Assembly (NCBI GenBank): GCA_963693365.1
Contig: CAVNZM010000004.1
Location: 1,609,449 to 1,673,448 of the forward strand
DNA: 64,000 bases
Direction of reading: 5' to 3'
Source: Amoebidium appalachense
Lineage: Eukaryota; Protista; Ichthyosporea
How positions within the stretch are numbered: position 1 is the first letter of the stretch; every line of letters starts with the position of its first letter. The notes beneath the pieces are model-generated. The model ran no database searches, was not told the DNA's origin, and saw nothing but the letters and a program-made list of their open reading frames with translations. This document shows positions 1 to 43,631 of the stretch, in pieces. Position numbers and translations under genes: made by a program.

Positions 1-34
<34 letters not shown>

Positions 35-439
35 ATCCCCCGCCCCCCTCGCAGTGGTGATAAAATAGGCAAGCAAAAGCGAGGCTGGATGTAGTTTGAT
101 TTAGGTAAACCAGTTAAGCAAGTTGGTGTGCCAGAGTTGCTACTGATAGTCCATGTTTTTACTGCGGTGGTCTGCATGGACGAAGAAAGGGGGGGGAGGG
201 GGGGGGGGGGAGGGGGAAGGGGGGAAGGAGGGGAAGGGGTAGGCTGATATTATTAGGCGGGGTTGGGGGTTTTGGGTGGGTGGGTGGTGGTGGTGGTGTG
301 GGGCGGCGGTGGCGGGGGGGGGGTGCAAAAGGGGGGATGAGGAGGGGGGCGGGGGGGCTACATGCAATGTCTGCACGGTTGAAGTTGGTGTTGTTTTCAG
401 TTGGTTTCCGAGATCAACCCTCGTTTTTTATGTTCACAG

Positions 440-3400
440 GAGCAACTTTGAGATTGGCAGTGTCAAGTTCTTTGCGGGGCCACAGTACCAAGACTACTTC
501 AACTATCTGGACAAGACCGGTGGTTTCTTCTATGAGCGATGGGGGGATGCCCCGGTGCACTCCCTTGGCCTCGGGCTGTATGCAAAGAAGGAGGAGGTAC
601 GTTTAGTATTTGTTTTTGTGAGAGGGGTTTTGGTAGGTGGGTGGGTGGTTAGTGGTGTATGCACGGGTGTGGGCTTACGTGCACGCACATGAGTGCTTGC
701 GTGCTTGCATGCATACCTGCGTGTTTGGGTGAATCTTTTTTTTTGGGGGGGGGGGGAGGGGGGGGGGGGGAGGGGGGAGGGGGGGGAGGGGGCCGATAGG
801 ATAAGGGGGTGGAAGGAGGCTTGTAGTCAAGTTCCAAAAACGTAATGCCGACACAACAGCACGTTTCAGAAGTTGCGGCATGGTACATCTCCTTGTTTCC
901 CTTCAGGGTTTTGATGATTTTCTGACGGCCCTTTTTTTTTGTATGCAGGTGCATTGGTTCAACGAGATTGGCTATTCCCATGCGCCGTTTACGCACTGCC
1001 CCAACCAGCCCCAGATGATGGACCGCTGTGACTGTTTCACCGGCAACCTGGTCGATGACATCCGTACGTATCCCCCATTCCCTTCCCCCCCCCCCCCCCC
1101 CCCCCCCCCCCCCACTCCGCCCTCCCTCTCTGTCTGGAGGACACAGACTCGCGTACATCTCCACACACACACGCGGATAGCCATACGCATATGCACAGGC
1201 ATCCACATAGTGCCCGTGCAGGGATACGCATCTGTGTGTGCACGCACACACGAGCCGGCACACGCAGACAAGATTGTTCATACATATGCTGGCACTTTGG
1301 ACGCACACCATTGGAGTCTGCGCGCGGCCTCAACCGGACGTAAGAAGCTCACGGGTCGGTAGGTGTAGGCTATACGTGTTTTTGAGGCTGAAGGGGAGTT
1401 GTGAGGCTGTTGGGGGGGGGGAGGGGGGGGTTTGTGAAGCAAGGGGGGGGGGGGGTTAGAAAGGCCGTTTTTATGAAAATCAAGTGACCATTGGGTGGAT
1501 TCACAGCGTTTTCGGGGCTGCACGACTTCTTGATCCTGCAGCCCAGGACGCTCAACCAGAGCAGAGAGGATGCAAATGCGGTCGTGCAGGAACTACGCAC
1601 CATGCTGGCTGATGCTAAGGACTGCGCCAAGCCCTGGGAGGTAATTACCCTCCCTTCCCATGATGCATACACACTGTGTGCTTTTTGCAGTCTTCGTTGC
1701 TGTGTAGGCTACTTCCCCCCCTTTTTTTTTGCCTGATGCATACTCTGTATGTGTGCCTTCCGAATCTTCGTCGTTATGTCCGGTACTTCCCCTCCCTCTT
1801 TCCGAATGCATGCATACTTTGCATGTGTACTTTGCAATCTCGACGCTGTTTCATCCTGCATGAATGTGTGCTTCGAACCCTATAACCCACTCTCAGCAGC
1901 CTCCCCCCCTCTCCCCCCCTCTCCCACCCTTCCTTCTCTAGTGAGAGAACAACAACGAAAAAAGGGGAAAAGGCAAAGCAAGCTGGGTCGTCTGGAACCC
2001 ATTCACCTTTCATCCCCTGCTCGTTTCCTACATGAACCCATGCTTGTGTTTTGCCTTTGTGTTGTGTGATGTACGATTACAGCACTCTGCTAACGAACCA
2101 TTGTGACCATGCACAGGTTAACGACGGTGGGATGTGGGCCATCTGCTCCGAGCCCAAGTTGGAGCCCCCAAACAAGTGCACCGTGCTTTCCTTCAGTGTC
2201 AAGTACGAACTTTGCCCCCCCCCCCCCCCCCCACCCTTCCCTCCAAAAAAACTTTAGTAAATAAATAAATAAACCCAAAAAGAGGGAAACCCCCACCAGC
2301 TCGACCGGCCAACACTCCCCCCCCCCCCCCCCCCCTCCCCCCTGGTGCATACATACACACATCTCCTCTTCCTCGGTAAGCAAGAGGTGTATGTGTGCTC
2401 TAGCAACGGGTGTACTTGTGAAGAACGGGCAGAAAAACATAGGTTTGAACCCGTATATATTGGCCACTTTGGACGTCCAAGGCCAAACAACCGGCGATAC
2501 TAATCAATCATACTTCCCACTAATGATTGTTTCTTCCCTCCAGGCATGCATCGTTGAATATGGACTTCGAGCAGGAAATGATGGTCAGGCACGGTTGCTC
2601 AGTTCACTACTTCAACCAGGTGAACCATCCCCCCCTTGCTCTCCCCCTCTAGAAATGTCACCTGAATCACCCTGTCCCCCCTTCCTCTCAGTGCAGGGAA
2701 TGGAGGCCTATCTATGCTGCATACTAAGTTGTTCTCTTTGACATTTCTGAATATCTAATGGTGCCCTTCTTGTGTTTGCACATCATTCTCATAAGCCATA
2801 ATCCCCCCCCCCCCCCCCCTTCCGACATTTTATTGTGCCTTATACTGGGCCGGCCTATCTATGCTGCATACTAAGTTGTTCTCTTTGACATTTCTGAATA
2901 TCTACTGGTTCCCTTCTTGTGTTTGCACATCATTCTCATAAGCCATAATCCCCCCCCCCCCCCCCCCTTCCGACATTTTATTGTGCCTTATACTGGGCAA
3001 CGCCATCCCCCCCCCCCCCCTCCCCCCCTCTCCCCGGAGCCGATAGTTTTACCACTGTCGCAACGCTGTGTGGGCAATGTGCCATCAATTGTGTGTTTCT
3101 ACTTTGTATTCTGTAAAATCCCCCCCCCCCCCCCCCCCCGTGGGCCCCCCCCTGAGGATGGGCTCTGCTTATTATGCATACTCTTTATGTATGGCTTGCA
3201 TTCTGCATCGTGTTATCCGTTTGTTCTTGTGTACTTCGTACTTTTTGACGCATTCAAACCCCCCCCCCCCCCCCCCCCTCTTCCTCCTCACCCCCTCCCA
3301 CAATCCTCTCCTATCAGCGTTCCTCCTCACGAAGAACAAAAAGAAAGAGAGAGAAAGAATGGGGAAACTTTCTCACCCCATTTCTCCTGTGCCTTCCTTC

Positions 3401-3971
3401 CCACAGACGTTTCGAGATTCTGGTAGTGACTGACTAGAACCACCCAGAATAATCGTGGTAACAATCCATTGCACACACTGTACACAAACGGCCAATTTGT
3501 TCTACTTTTCTATCCCTTCTGTGCACCTCGGATTTGCCCTATTACTTCCGCATATCCGCTGCATGTATGGTATGAGACCTGACCCACCTATAACCAACAT
3601 ATAACTAACATACATTTTTCTGTTTCAGTGGAAGGTACCCACAGAGATGGAGAAGCAGGTACAGGACTGGGAGCACCAAAAACGTGTGTATGCACTCAGG
3701 TGGCACCAACTGACACTCAGTCACGTTGATGCTGACAGCCAGCGTAGGGAGCCATTCTCACACATGATAGTGCAGGAGCGAAGGTATGTGTGTCCTGCTT
3801 TGCCTATGGGGCAATATGGTCATGATGTAATTTTTTTGAGTTTTCACACTGTGCGGTACCTCTGTTTTTCTAATTCTTAGGGCGTCCTTTTTTTTACTTT
3901 TTAAGGTTTCCAACTGATCAGCATATTGCGGCATAACCATGCTCCATACCTTTGGTGGCCCATTTCTGCCC

Positions 3972-4002
<31 letters not shown>

Positions 4003-4531
4003 AAAAAAAAAAAAAGGCGGTTTACACAAGAACTGCACACCGTCACGTGAGCACCATCATTGTTTGGCGACACCATCACCTTTCATAAAGTTCTCAATCT
4101 CTCTGCACGCACTGTGCAGATGTGCCCTCTCGTGTGCTTGCACGCTTCCCCAGCTGCATCTACATGCACACACACACAGGCCGTGTCATGTTCGGCAGGG
4201 GAAAAAGAAGGAAAAAAAGAAATAGAACGTGTCAGGAAAAAGTGTCAGTCAAGAACACAGCTCGATTGCCTTCCTCTTCAATCCTGTTGTCGTTTTTGCT
4301 GATTTTCCACCTCACAGACTATCTACGGCCATGCGAATTGCCGGGGTAGCCAACAAGACTGTCGACGTAGTGAAGTTTGATGTGGAGGGTGATGAGTGGG
4401 CCGTGCTGCTGGATATGGTCCAGTCGGGTGCATTGGACACGGTTAAGTTCCTGATGTTTGAGGTCTATATCCCCCCCCCCCCTCCCCTCCCCCCCCCCCC
4501 TCCCCCCCCCCCTCCCCCCTCCCCCTCCACA

Positions 4532-4566
<35 letters not shown>

Positions 4567-5143
4567 CAGTACCACCACCATCACCAACACCAGCGCCACC
4601 CATCCTCCCCCCCGCCCCCCCCACCCCACCCCCCTCCTCCTTCCTACGTTTTCTAAGTGCAAACATCTCTCCTCATTGTTTGGCATTTTTGCTTATTCTA
4701 TGAGGACCGCCAAGAGCCAGGGTACCGTCTCCTAGAATCCGGAGATTTGAGGTCGATGTGACCCTACAAATCTTGGTACAAGAAGGAAACGATATGTACA
4801 TCAAACATTGCCCCACACCGCATTTATTTTTCAACCATTTCCCTACCTATTGGGTCTGGATCAGGGCCACAACGTTTTTATCAAAGATTTGGTTATCTTC
4901 CTTTGCCCCGGGATGTGCAGATATGGTGCTTTCTTTAACCCTGTGTGTGGCATGCAGGTACACCTCAAGGCCGACAAGGTGTGGAAGTATTCGTACCTGA
5001 TCCCCAGGGTGCTGGATGGCCTGCGGGAGTACTTTGAGCTGGTGCACTCCACAAAGAACCCCTATGGCATCGGCGAGCAGATTGCGGACTGGCAGTTGCA
5101 CTGTTGCCACAAGCTGGTGTTCCGAAACAAGGCATTCAAATAG
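440..5143 (+). CDS. Multi-exon gene, 5' end outside window: GT15 (KRE2/MNT1-like) alpha-1,2-mannosyltransferase C-terminal region apparently fused to a METTL24/Methyltransf_22 (FkbM-like) SAM-dependent methyltransferase
   Basis: GT-AG exons 440-596, 949-1063, (1268-1339, optional), 1507-1640, 2117-2202, 2544-2619, 3629-3783, 4318-4462, 4958-5143 have compatible phases. GT15 motifs [29 protein letters not shown] and [16 protein letters not shown]; methyltransferase motifs [53 protein letters not shown]. Confidence 0.8.
2705..2998. repeat. Intronic tandem duplication, two near-identical ~147 bp units
   Basis: ggcctatctatgctgcatactaagttg...gccttatactggg starts at 2705 and again at 2852 with few substitutions. 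Confidence 0.9.
3142..3260 (+). repeat. Dispersed ~120 bp intronic repeat (SINE-like), flanked by poly(C)
   Basis: ccctgaggatgggctctgcttattatgcatactc...gtacttcgtact...cgcattcaaacccc; near-identical copy at 33745-33860 and more diverged copies elsewhere. Confidence 0.8.
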
Positions 5144-5949
5144 ATATACCCCCCCAACCACTCACCCACCCACCCCACCCCCGGGGCTCTCCAATCATCC
5201 CCTTTCTCTCTCTGCAAACACATGCATGGGCAGACACAAGCACATGGCGCATTAGCATCACATTTCCTGAAGAACCGAGACTCCTTTGCTGTCTTCGTGC
5301 GCGCGCACACACATCACACAATCAGATCTATAAACACAAACACATACACAGTTTTTTCATTAATTCTGCTGCTATATTAGTTTCACTTTACACTTAACAA
5401 TACCCGAATCCTTGAATATGCACGTTATTAGCAATTAATCATGCCTTCAATTACAGACTGTTTTGCACACCGTAGGTCAGGTCGTGCAAGAAGTATCAGG
5501 GTACCAGTGGTTGTAAGCTATAAATTAATCAGATTGCAATTCGATCATAATAATCACAGAAAACCACACACCACGTTTATAATACAAGGCTGATGATATT
5601 GATGTAGACGCGTGTTGTGATGTGTTATTGTAGGATAGACCGTATCTTGGCAGCTGGCTGCCTGACATCAGATGAAAGAGTATATATATGTGTATACACA
5701 TACCTATGTGGATGCTAAGTCCAAGATAGTTGTTACTGATCCGATATCCATGTGGGGGTTTACGCTGTTTACTCGAGGCAAAGAGAACCAGTCTCAGGTA
5801 TGGGGGGGGGGGTTTTGCTCGGAATATCCCCTCAGCGGTATATCATGATCACGTACATAGATGTCGGGTGGTGACTATATATCAGGGTTTACTTTCTCTA
5901 CGAGACACCATAAAGACTACAAGGAGAAATCAATTAGTTGGGGTTCCCC

Positions 5950-6006
<57 letters not shown>

Positions 6007-6036
6007 GGGCTCCCCTCGGGACACTCGGTATCAGCT

Positions 6037-6106
<70 letters not shown>

Positions 6107-6321
6107 TGTGTGTGCGCGTGCGCTATAATTTTGTAGTGATGTGTTTCTCAAGCCAATCAATACATCTAATAAACAGGTCGTAGTTACGCGTGTTTAGTAT
6201 AAAATCAAGGATGTTGTAATTTACAGGTAGGCTATCTTTCTGGGTGTCTGTTGTGAATGTGACGTGTGTGTGTTGCGGTATTATGTGGTCTATCAAACTA
6301 CATTTGGCGATACATGACCGG

Positions 6322-9315
6322 TTAAACTGGTGTGTGTGTGTTGTTTGGGCATGCAAATGATGCCACCTTATACTTATTAGATCTCCACTGTATAGCACGT
6401 GTACAGTAAAAGCGTGGTAATTGATCAATAATACCATCAGCTAGAGAAAGACCAGTTCTACAGGAAGGTAATATGTATTTAGGTGTTATACACTTGCGAG
6501 TGCCATATTTGGCAATATGGTTGAGGCGGTCAGTATATATAAAACGAGACATAAGGCTTAGTTTTTCAAGGTGTATGCTTTCATCGGGTCTAGTGTCGTT
6601 TGGTATCTTTTTCCATTTGTTATATTGCGTGATTATCTTGTGATTGTGTACATGTTTAATAAGTAAGTGGCAGTCCAAAGTCACACACACACTATTGCGG
6701 GGTTTATTTGTATTTGTGCCCAGGGGAGAAGGGGAGAGAGAGGGGAGGAAAGAGGGGAGAGGTGAGGAGGGGACAGGTCGGATAGAGAAGAGAGGGTGGG
6801 AGGGCAAATACTTCTTTAAGCGGCTTATGTGCTTATTGAATTTCAGCGCGAGATAGGATACTCTAGCAGCTATTGGGACCAGACCATATATCGAGAGCGT
6901 TACAGGCCCAGGTTTACAACAGTTGTTAGATAGAAAGGAGGCAACTTCTGCTTCAAGGAAATTTGCCAAGGGTTTAAGCGCTCTAGTTCTCTCTTTCTTG
7001 ATCCAAGCGGCGAGAAGGGGTAAACCATATTCACATGCCGGGAAGACAAAAGTGCGAATAAATGTAAGTCTAATAGAAGGATGGAGGGGTGTGTCTTTAA
7101 AAATATTAGCCGAGAAGAAAGCTAACCGCTTACGAGCCAACTCTACCCTCTTTTCGACCATATGGGGAAACATAACACCAACAGAATCAACCGGAACACC
7201 AAGATATTTGTATTCTGGAACTATAGGTACAGGTTTAGATGATAATGTAAATGTGTGTAAATTGTTAGCTATATCAGGTACAAGAACACCACATTTGTCT
7301 ATGTTAAGGATCATAAGGTTTGCCTTGCACCACTCTGACACTACATCGAACAATCTTTGCAGGCGTCTAGGGGTACGGGCAAGGAGGGACAGATCATCAG
7401 CATAGAGAAGTGCAGGCGGAAAGTTATTAATAGGGTCATCGTTTTCGGCGTAAATCTTGACAGCCAAATCATCTATAAATAGGTTAAACAAAAAGGGGCT
7501 AAGCAATGAGCCCTGCAAGAGACCTCTAGTACGAGCAAAACCATATGAAAGATGCCCATTAACCACAGCTCTACCATAGGTTTGAGACAAGAGTGCTTCT
7601 AACAGAACACCAATGCAGTGTGGTACACCCCGTGCAGCAAGCTTTTCCCATAGGAGACCAGGGGAGACAGAATCGTAAGCAGTTTTCCAATCAATAAAGC
7701 CAACATATTGTGCACCAACTTGCATAGAATCGTGCAGTGCCATTATTTGAACATAACATGAATTGTTTTTACGAAAAGCGGATTGGCATGGGTGTATGTG
7801 AAGAATAGATTGAAACCTAGGGTGATGTGCAAATAACCTAAGTAAGCAAGCTTCAAAGAATCTACGAACAACCTGGGTTAGTGTAATGGGGCGAAAGGAT
7901 GATATGGGGCCCTCAGAGTCCTTCTTAACTATGGGGATCACTAAGGTATCTAACCAAGATGACGGGACATGTCCACATTTAACACACCAAGAAAAGAGAG
8001 AGCTTAACATGATAGTAAGATCAGGTTTAATAGCACGATCACTTTCCTTTTGTGGGTAGGAGGGAACAAGGATTTTAAGAAACCCAGCAGGGAGTCCATC
8101 AGGTCCACAAGACTTACTAGAGCTATAACTAGATATCACAGACCATATGGCATCGGGACTGAAAAAGGGGAGGATCGATTCTATGGGGATAGATGGGTCT
8201 ACAGGCCACACAATAGGTTTCTGAGCGGGGGTCCTATCTTTAAACAGTTCCGAGAAATACTTATCAGAGTCTATGAGGGGGTCTCCAGTGGTATCACCAA
8301 TAATACGAGCAGGGGGGCCAAATCGATTCATACTAGCAAGCCGGCGCAAGCTTTCCTTTTGAGACAGGGGTTCACCTAGTCTAGCGGGAGTGGTGTTTGG
8401 TAACAAGAGAGCATCGGGATATTCCTTCCTACCACCACCAGCATAATCACCGAGATCTATCAAATCATCAACAATAAAGTTAGTGCATGTATCTAGTACG
8501 AGATGTGAATCTGGCCTGGCTTGTGCAGATTCTAATAGGCGCATATATATAGGGTGTTTCGTAGCATAGCATACACATACATCAACTCTACCCCACTGTG
8601 ACTTAAGCTGGGATAGACGGAGGCGAAAGGTGGGAGGGGGAGGGGGGAGCAGATCAAGGGAGATCTTAGGTAGGAAAAGGATAGGAGAGTGGTCAGATGA
8701 CCTAGAGAGGTTAGGAGGGAGAGAGAGTTTTGACATGGTTGATGGCCAAAAGGCCACTCCCCAGTCGGTGTTGTGGGCATGGGATATTTGAGGGAACCGC
8801 AAAGTGTGACTTTGGACATACCTTGCTAAAGGGATAGCACGCTCCGGGGGCTTAGATGGGTACCCGACACTCACTTGCAGTGTGTCTGTGTGGTGGAGTC
8901 GCGTGTTAAAATCACCTAAAATAACAGTGGACATTGGTAACTGTGACAACTCGTGAGTCAATTCGACAACCGACATAGATGGTGGGTAATATACAAAAGT
9001 AAAAACATTAGAAAGAAACTCTATAGAAACCGAGAATTCCGTTTTTGCTACCGGTTTGCACTTCACTCTCACGTGTGGTGCGGCAAGTACAATAATGCCT
9101 CGGTTTTTCGCGTAACCGGGGTGTGTGGATGTGTCGACCAATGTAGAGTTGAATTTGTGGTGGTTTTTAAACTGTGTTTCGCAAATCACTGTAAACGTGT
9201 GGTTGTTTGTCTGTTGTTGTATGTAGCTGATTTTATCGTCGAGTGTCCCGGGGGGGAGGCCCTTTTGGGGGCCCAGTGTCCGAGCATTCCAGAAGAAGAA
9301 GGATAAATTAGGCAT
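6322..9315 (-). CDS. LINE ORF2, AP endonuclease + reverse transcriptase; C-terminus frameshifted by a 2-nt loss in an internal (CA)n
   Basis: APE motifs WNARTL, ICET, LGDFN, SDHSPI; RT motifs FRPITL, FIDWKTAYDSV, GLLQGSLLSPFLFNLFID, LYADD, YKYLGV. The missing C-terminal residues lie in another frame at 6123-6330. Confidence 0.95.
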   Translation of the reverse strand: MPNLSFFFWNARTLGPQKGLPPGTLDDKISYIQQQTNNHTFTVICETQFKNHHKFNSTLVDTSTHPGYAKNRGIIVLAAPHVRVKCKPVAKTEFSVSIEFLSNVFTFVYYPPSMSVVELTHELSQLPMSTVILGDFNTRLHHTDTLQVSVGYPSKPPERAIPLARYVQSHTLRFPQISHAHNTDWGVAFWPSTMSKLSLPPNLSRSSDHSPILFLPKISLDLLPPPPPTFRLRLSQLKSQWGRVDVCVCYATKHPIYMRLLESAQARPDSHLVLDTCTNFIVDDLIDLGDYAGGGRKEYPDALLLPNTTPARLGEPLSQKESLRRLASMNRFGPPARIIGDTTGDPLIDSDKYFSELFKDRTPAQKPIVWPVDPSIPIESILPFFSPDAIWSVISSYSSSKSCGPDGLPAGFLKILVPSYPQKESDRAIKPDLTIMLSSLFSWCVKCGHVPSSWLDTLVIPIVKKDSEGPISSFRPITLTQVVRRFFEACLLRLFAHHPRFQSILHIHPCQSAFRKNNSCYVQIMALHDSMQVGAQYVGFIDWKTAYDSVSPGLLWEKLAARGVPHCIGVLLEALLSQTYGRAVVNGHLSYGFARTRGLLQGSLLSPFLFNLFIDDLAVKIYAENDDPINNFPPALLYADDLSLLARTPRRLQRLFDVVSEWCKANLMILNIDKCGVLVPDIANNLHTFTLSSKPVPIVPEYKYLGVPVDSVGVMFPHMVEKRVELARKRLAFFSANIFKDTPLHPSIRLTFIRTFVFPACEYGLPLLAAWIKKERTRALKPLANFLEAEVASFLSNNCCKPGPVTLSIYGLVPIAARVSYLALKFNKHISRLKKYLPSHPLFSIRPVPSSPLPSFLPSLSPSPLGTNTNKPRNSVCVTLDCHLLIKHVHNHKIITQYNKWKKIPNDTRPDESIHLEKLSLMSRFIYTDRLNHIAKYGTRKCITPKYILPSCRTGLSLADGIIDQLPRFYCTRAIQWRSNKYKVASFACPNNTHTPV

Positions 9316-10492
9316 CGGTTTGGTCCGACACCTGTGGGGTTGGTTCCCACTTGTCGCTTACGGGGTCGTATGCACGACCTTCCGCCAGCGCGAACAGTTC
9401 GCAGAAGAGCTCGATTTCCATCTCGCATCGGCGTTTGCGCTCGAGCAGTTTCTCACCAGAAAACATTGGTTCCTTCGTGTCCGTGTCTATCACGCTCGTA
9501 GCATCGTTTTCCAACTTTGCGAGGAACTCTTTTGCCTTGCTGATGCGTACACGACAACGTGTGGCGCACGCATTCTTAGCAGACACTTTACGTTCTTTGT
9601 CTGCTTTCTGAATGTTTTCCGGCGCGCATGGGTCGTAGCTTGGGAGGTGGGTGAAGAAGCTTCCACACCCCTTTGTCGCGTCACGGATGAACGCACGGTT
9701 ATAGTCGCCCCGTACTGCTACTTCCAGCACATCGTATCCAATGAAGGACAGACAAAGGATGCGAGAGCACCGGAAGCCGAGAGCCTTGAAGATGGACCAC
9801 ATGGCCCTGTGTGGGCGTCTGCCGTGCTTGACTTTGAAATACACCCTCTCGTATTTGGGTGGGATGTTGATGTTACCGTTTGCTTGGGTGTTCCCCTTAG
9901 CCGGCGGTTTGGGAGGGGAGTTGCGGCGGTACTCGTTGCCTGCAAGAATGCTGGCATATGTTTCCTTGGCAATTTGGCGGAGCTCGGGTGTTTTACGAGA
10001 GTTCGCATATTCTAGGAACTCTGCCGGGAGCTGTGCTTCCGGTCCTGTGTTGTTTTGTGTTGGGGTGGAAATGTCTCCGTCGCGAGATGTTTGCTCATGA
10101 GTTTTGGGGTTTTGCGATCCACTAATGTTTAGCTGGGCTGTGAGTGAATCAATGGTGAGCTTGAGTTGGGTATTTTCTGTTTGGAGTTTTTCTATCATGT
10201 TCTTGAGTGGTAACAGCTCATTTAGCTGTTTCTTAACGAGGGCAAGTTCTGCCAGTACTGTATCAACCGAAAGTTTCGGCATGGTTGTTATTGTGTTTCT
10301 ACGGAGTGGTGTGGTGTTATTCTGAATGGGTAGTGTATTGTAAATAGGTGTTGCGCTTAGTCTAAGGCGATGTTTTTCTGGTTGTGCATCTGTGGTAGGT
10401 GTATCTGCTGGACGTTTTAATGGTCGCACATGTGTGATGGGTGTAGATGGAACTTTGAAAGAGGTTCTGAAACGATTATAGGCATGTGCCAT
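9308..10492 (-). CDS. LINE ORF1 (coiled coil + putative RNA-binding domain, no CCHC knuckle seen)
   Basis: 394 aa ORF directly upstream of ORF2; heptad stretch LAELALVKKQLNELL..LQTENTQLKLTIDSLTAQL; protein identical to 49341-50525. Confidence 0.9.
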   Translation of the reverse strand: MAHAYNRFRTSFKVPSTPITHVRPLKRPADTPTTDAQPEKHRLRLSATPIYNTLPIQNNTTPLRRNTITTMPKLSVDTVLAELALVKKQLNELLPLKNMIEKLQTENTQLKLTIDSLTAQLNISGSQNPKTHEQTSRDGDISTPTQNNTGPEAQLPAEFLEYANSRKTPELRQIAKETYASILAGNEYRRNSPPKPPAKGNTQANGNINIPPKYERVYFKVKHGRRPHRAMWSIFKALGFRCSRILCLSFIGYDVLEVAVRGDYNRAFIRDATKGCGSFFTHLPSYDPCAPENIQKADKERKVSAKNACATRCRVRISKAKEFLAKLENDATSVIDTDTKEPMFSGEKLLERKRRCEMEIELFCELFALAEGRAYDPVSDKWEPTPQVSDQTDA

Positions 10493-10597
10493 GACATGGA
10501 TGGGGGTGTTCCCCGGCCCTTAGGGCCACGGATGGCCTGGTTTAGGGGTGGATGCGCGAAGGATACTATTTATTAGCAGATAATAAAGAGCGACATT

Positions 10598-10631
10598 TGA
10601 ATCGATGTGTGCGACTGAATCGATGTGTGCG
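10598..10631 (-). repeat. LINE 5' tandem 18-bp monomers (2 units)
   Basis: CGCACACATCGATTCAGT once plus a 16-bp partial unit; 4 units in copy 2. Confidence 0.85.
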
Positions 10632-11329
10632 CTTTTGTTTTTTTATAATGTTACTGTATGGCTTGTTATTAGTTTCAGTAACCGGCATGTACGGGTGGTG
10701 TTGCAAATCCAAACTCAGTTCAAGTGGTTTGGACACACAATAAAGAAAACACATATAGTTTTTAATTTACACAGTAAAGCAAGAAGAGCATGCTCGATGA
10801 GTTGGCACTGCACGTGTTTGTGTCTGTGTGGTAATGTGTGTTCGTGAACAGTGCTGACAAATCGTTTTATAATTTTTTTTAAATACACGTTTGTGTGTGT
10901 GTGGTGGTGGTGGTGTAAGTATTAATAACGTTGTGGTGTGTGCCGATGGTTGGGTGTGTGGGAATAGTGGTGCACGTGCACGTGGTGGTAGTGGTGGTGG
11001 TGGACACCGGGGGGGGGGGGGGGGGGGGGGGGAGAAGGGGGGGGGGGGGAGGAGGTCTCATGGCGTGCAGGCGCCATGGCGCCAATCGCACGATTAATCC
11101 GCAGTGCTTGTTGTCTGCATTGGTCCTGCCCTGGTGGAACCGTAAGGCTAGGCTTTTACGTTTTGGCAGCAGACCAGTTCTAGTAGGGTTTCAACGTGGC
11201 AAGGCTTGGAGAGTGATTTGCCAAAAACGGCCACTCGAGTCGGGAGGAGGGGAGGTCGACGTCTGTTGTGACTTCGAAAACGAAAAAGCTAATCGAAATG
11301 GAACCGGTCCGATCGCCGAGATAGGAAAA

Positions 11330-11440
11330 AAAATATTGAACCAATCGGGGGGCGTTTTTGCGAATTTGCGCAGCCGCCGCGGCGCGCGAATCGCCGGACT
11401 GAGCCGCGCAGATCTGCCCCGTCTCCAGGCACGAAACCAC
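11330..11440 (+). promoter_or_regulatory. Probable RALGAPB promoter (CpG-rich, CCAAT box)
   Basis: aaccaatcgg at ~11340 followed by a CG-rich patch, repeat-free, just upstream of the tentative first coding exon. Confidence 0.4.
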
Positions 11441-11485
11441 TCAAGACTTATTGTAGAGTACTGAGAGCTCGAGCTTTTACGAGTG

Positions 11486-43631
<32,146 letters not shown>

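Larger units (their letters stand above)
5754..10631 (-). mobile_element. Full-length non-LTR retrotransposon (LINE, ORF1 + APE/RT ORF2), copy 1
   Basis: Near-identical to 49176-54053 over its whole length. Shared ends: 5' cgcacacatcgattcagt monomer, 3' ...cagcgtaaaccccc. Confidence 0.97.

Noticed and set aside
3150-3180. Hammerhead ribozyme in the intronic repeat (CTGAGGA followed by a short stem)
   Set aside because: The required GAAA after stem II is absent in every copy examined.
9320-10100. Antisense ORFs within LINE ORF1 (231 aa and others)
   Set aside because: Shadow frames of a GC-rich coding region; identity between copies is uninformative.
10510-10545. Pistol- or HDV-like ribozyme in the LINE leader (TTAGGGCCACG)
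   Set aside because: Could not build the required P1 stem or pseudoknot by eye; needs an Infernal search to exclude fully.
5754-10631. Both full-length LINEs measure 4878 bp
   Set aside because: Several independent repeat-length differences happen to cancel; no mechanism supported by two copies.
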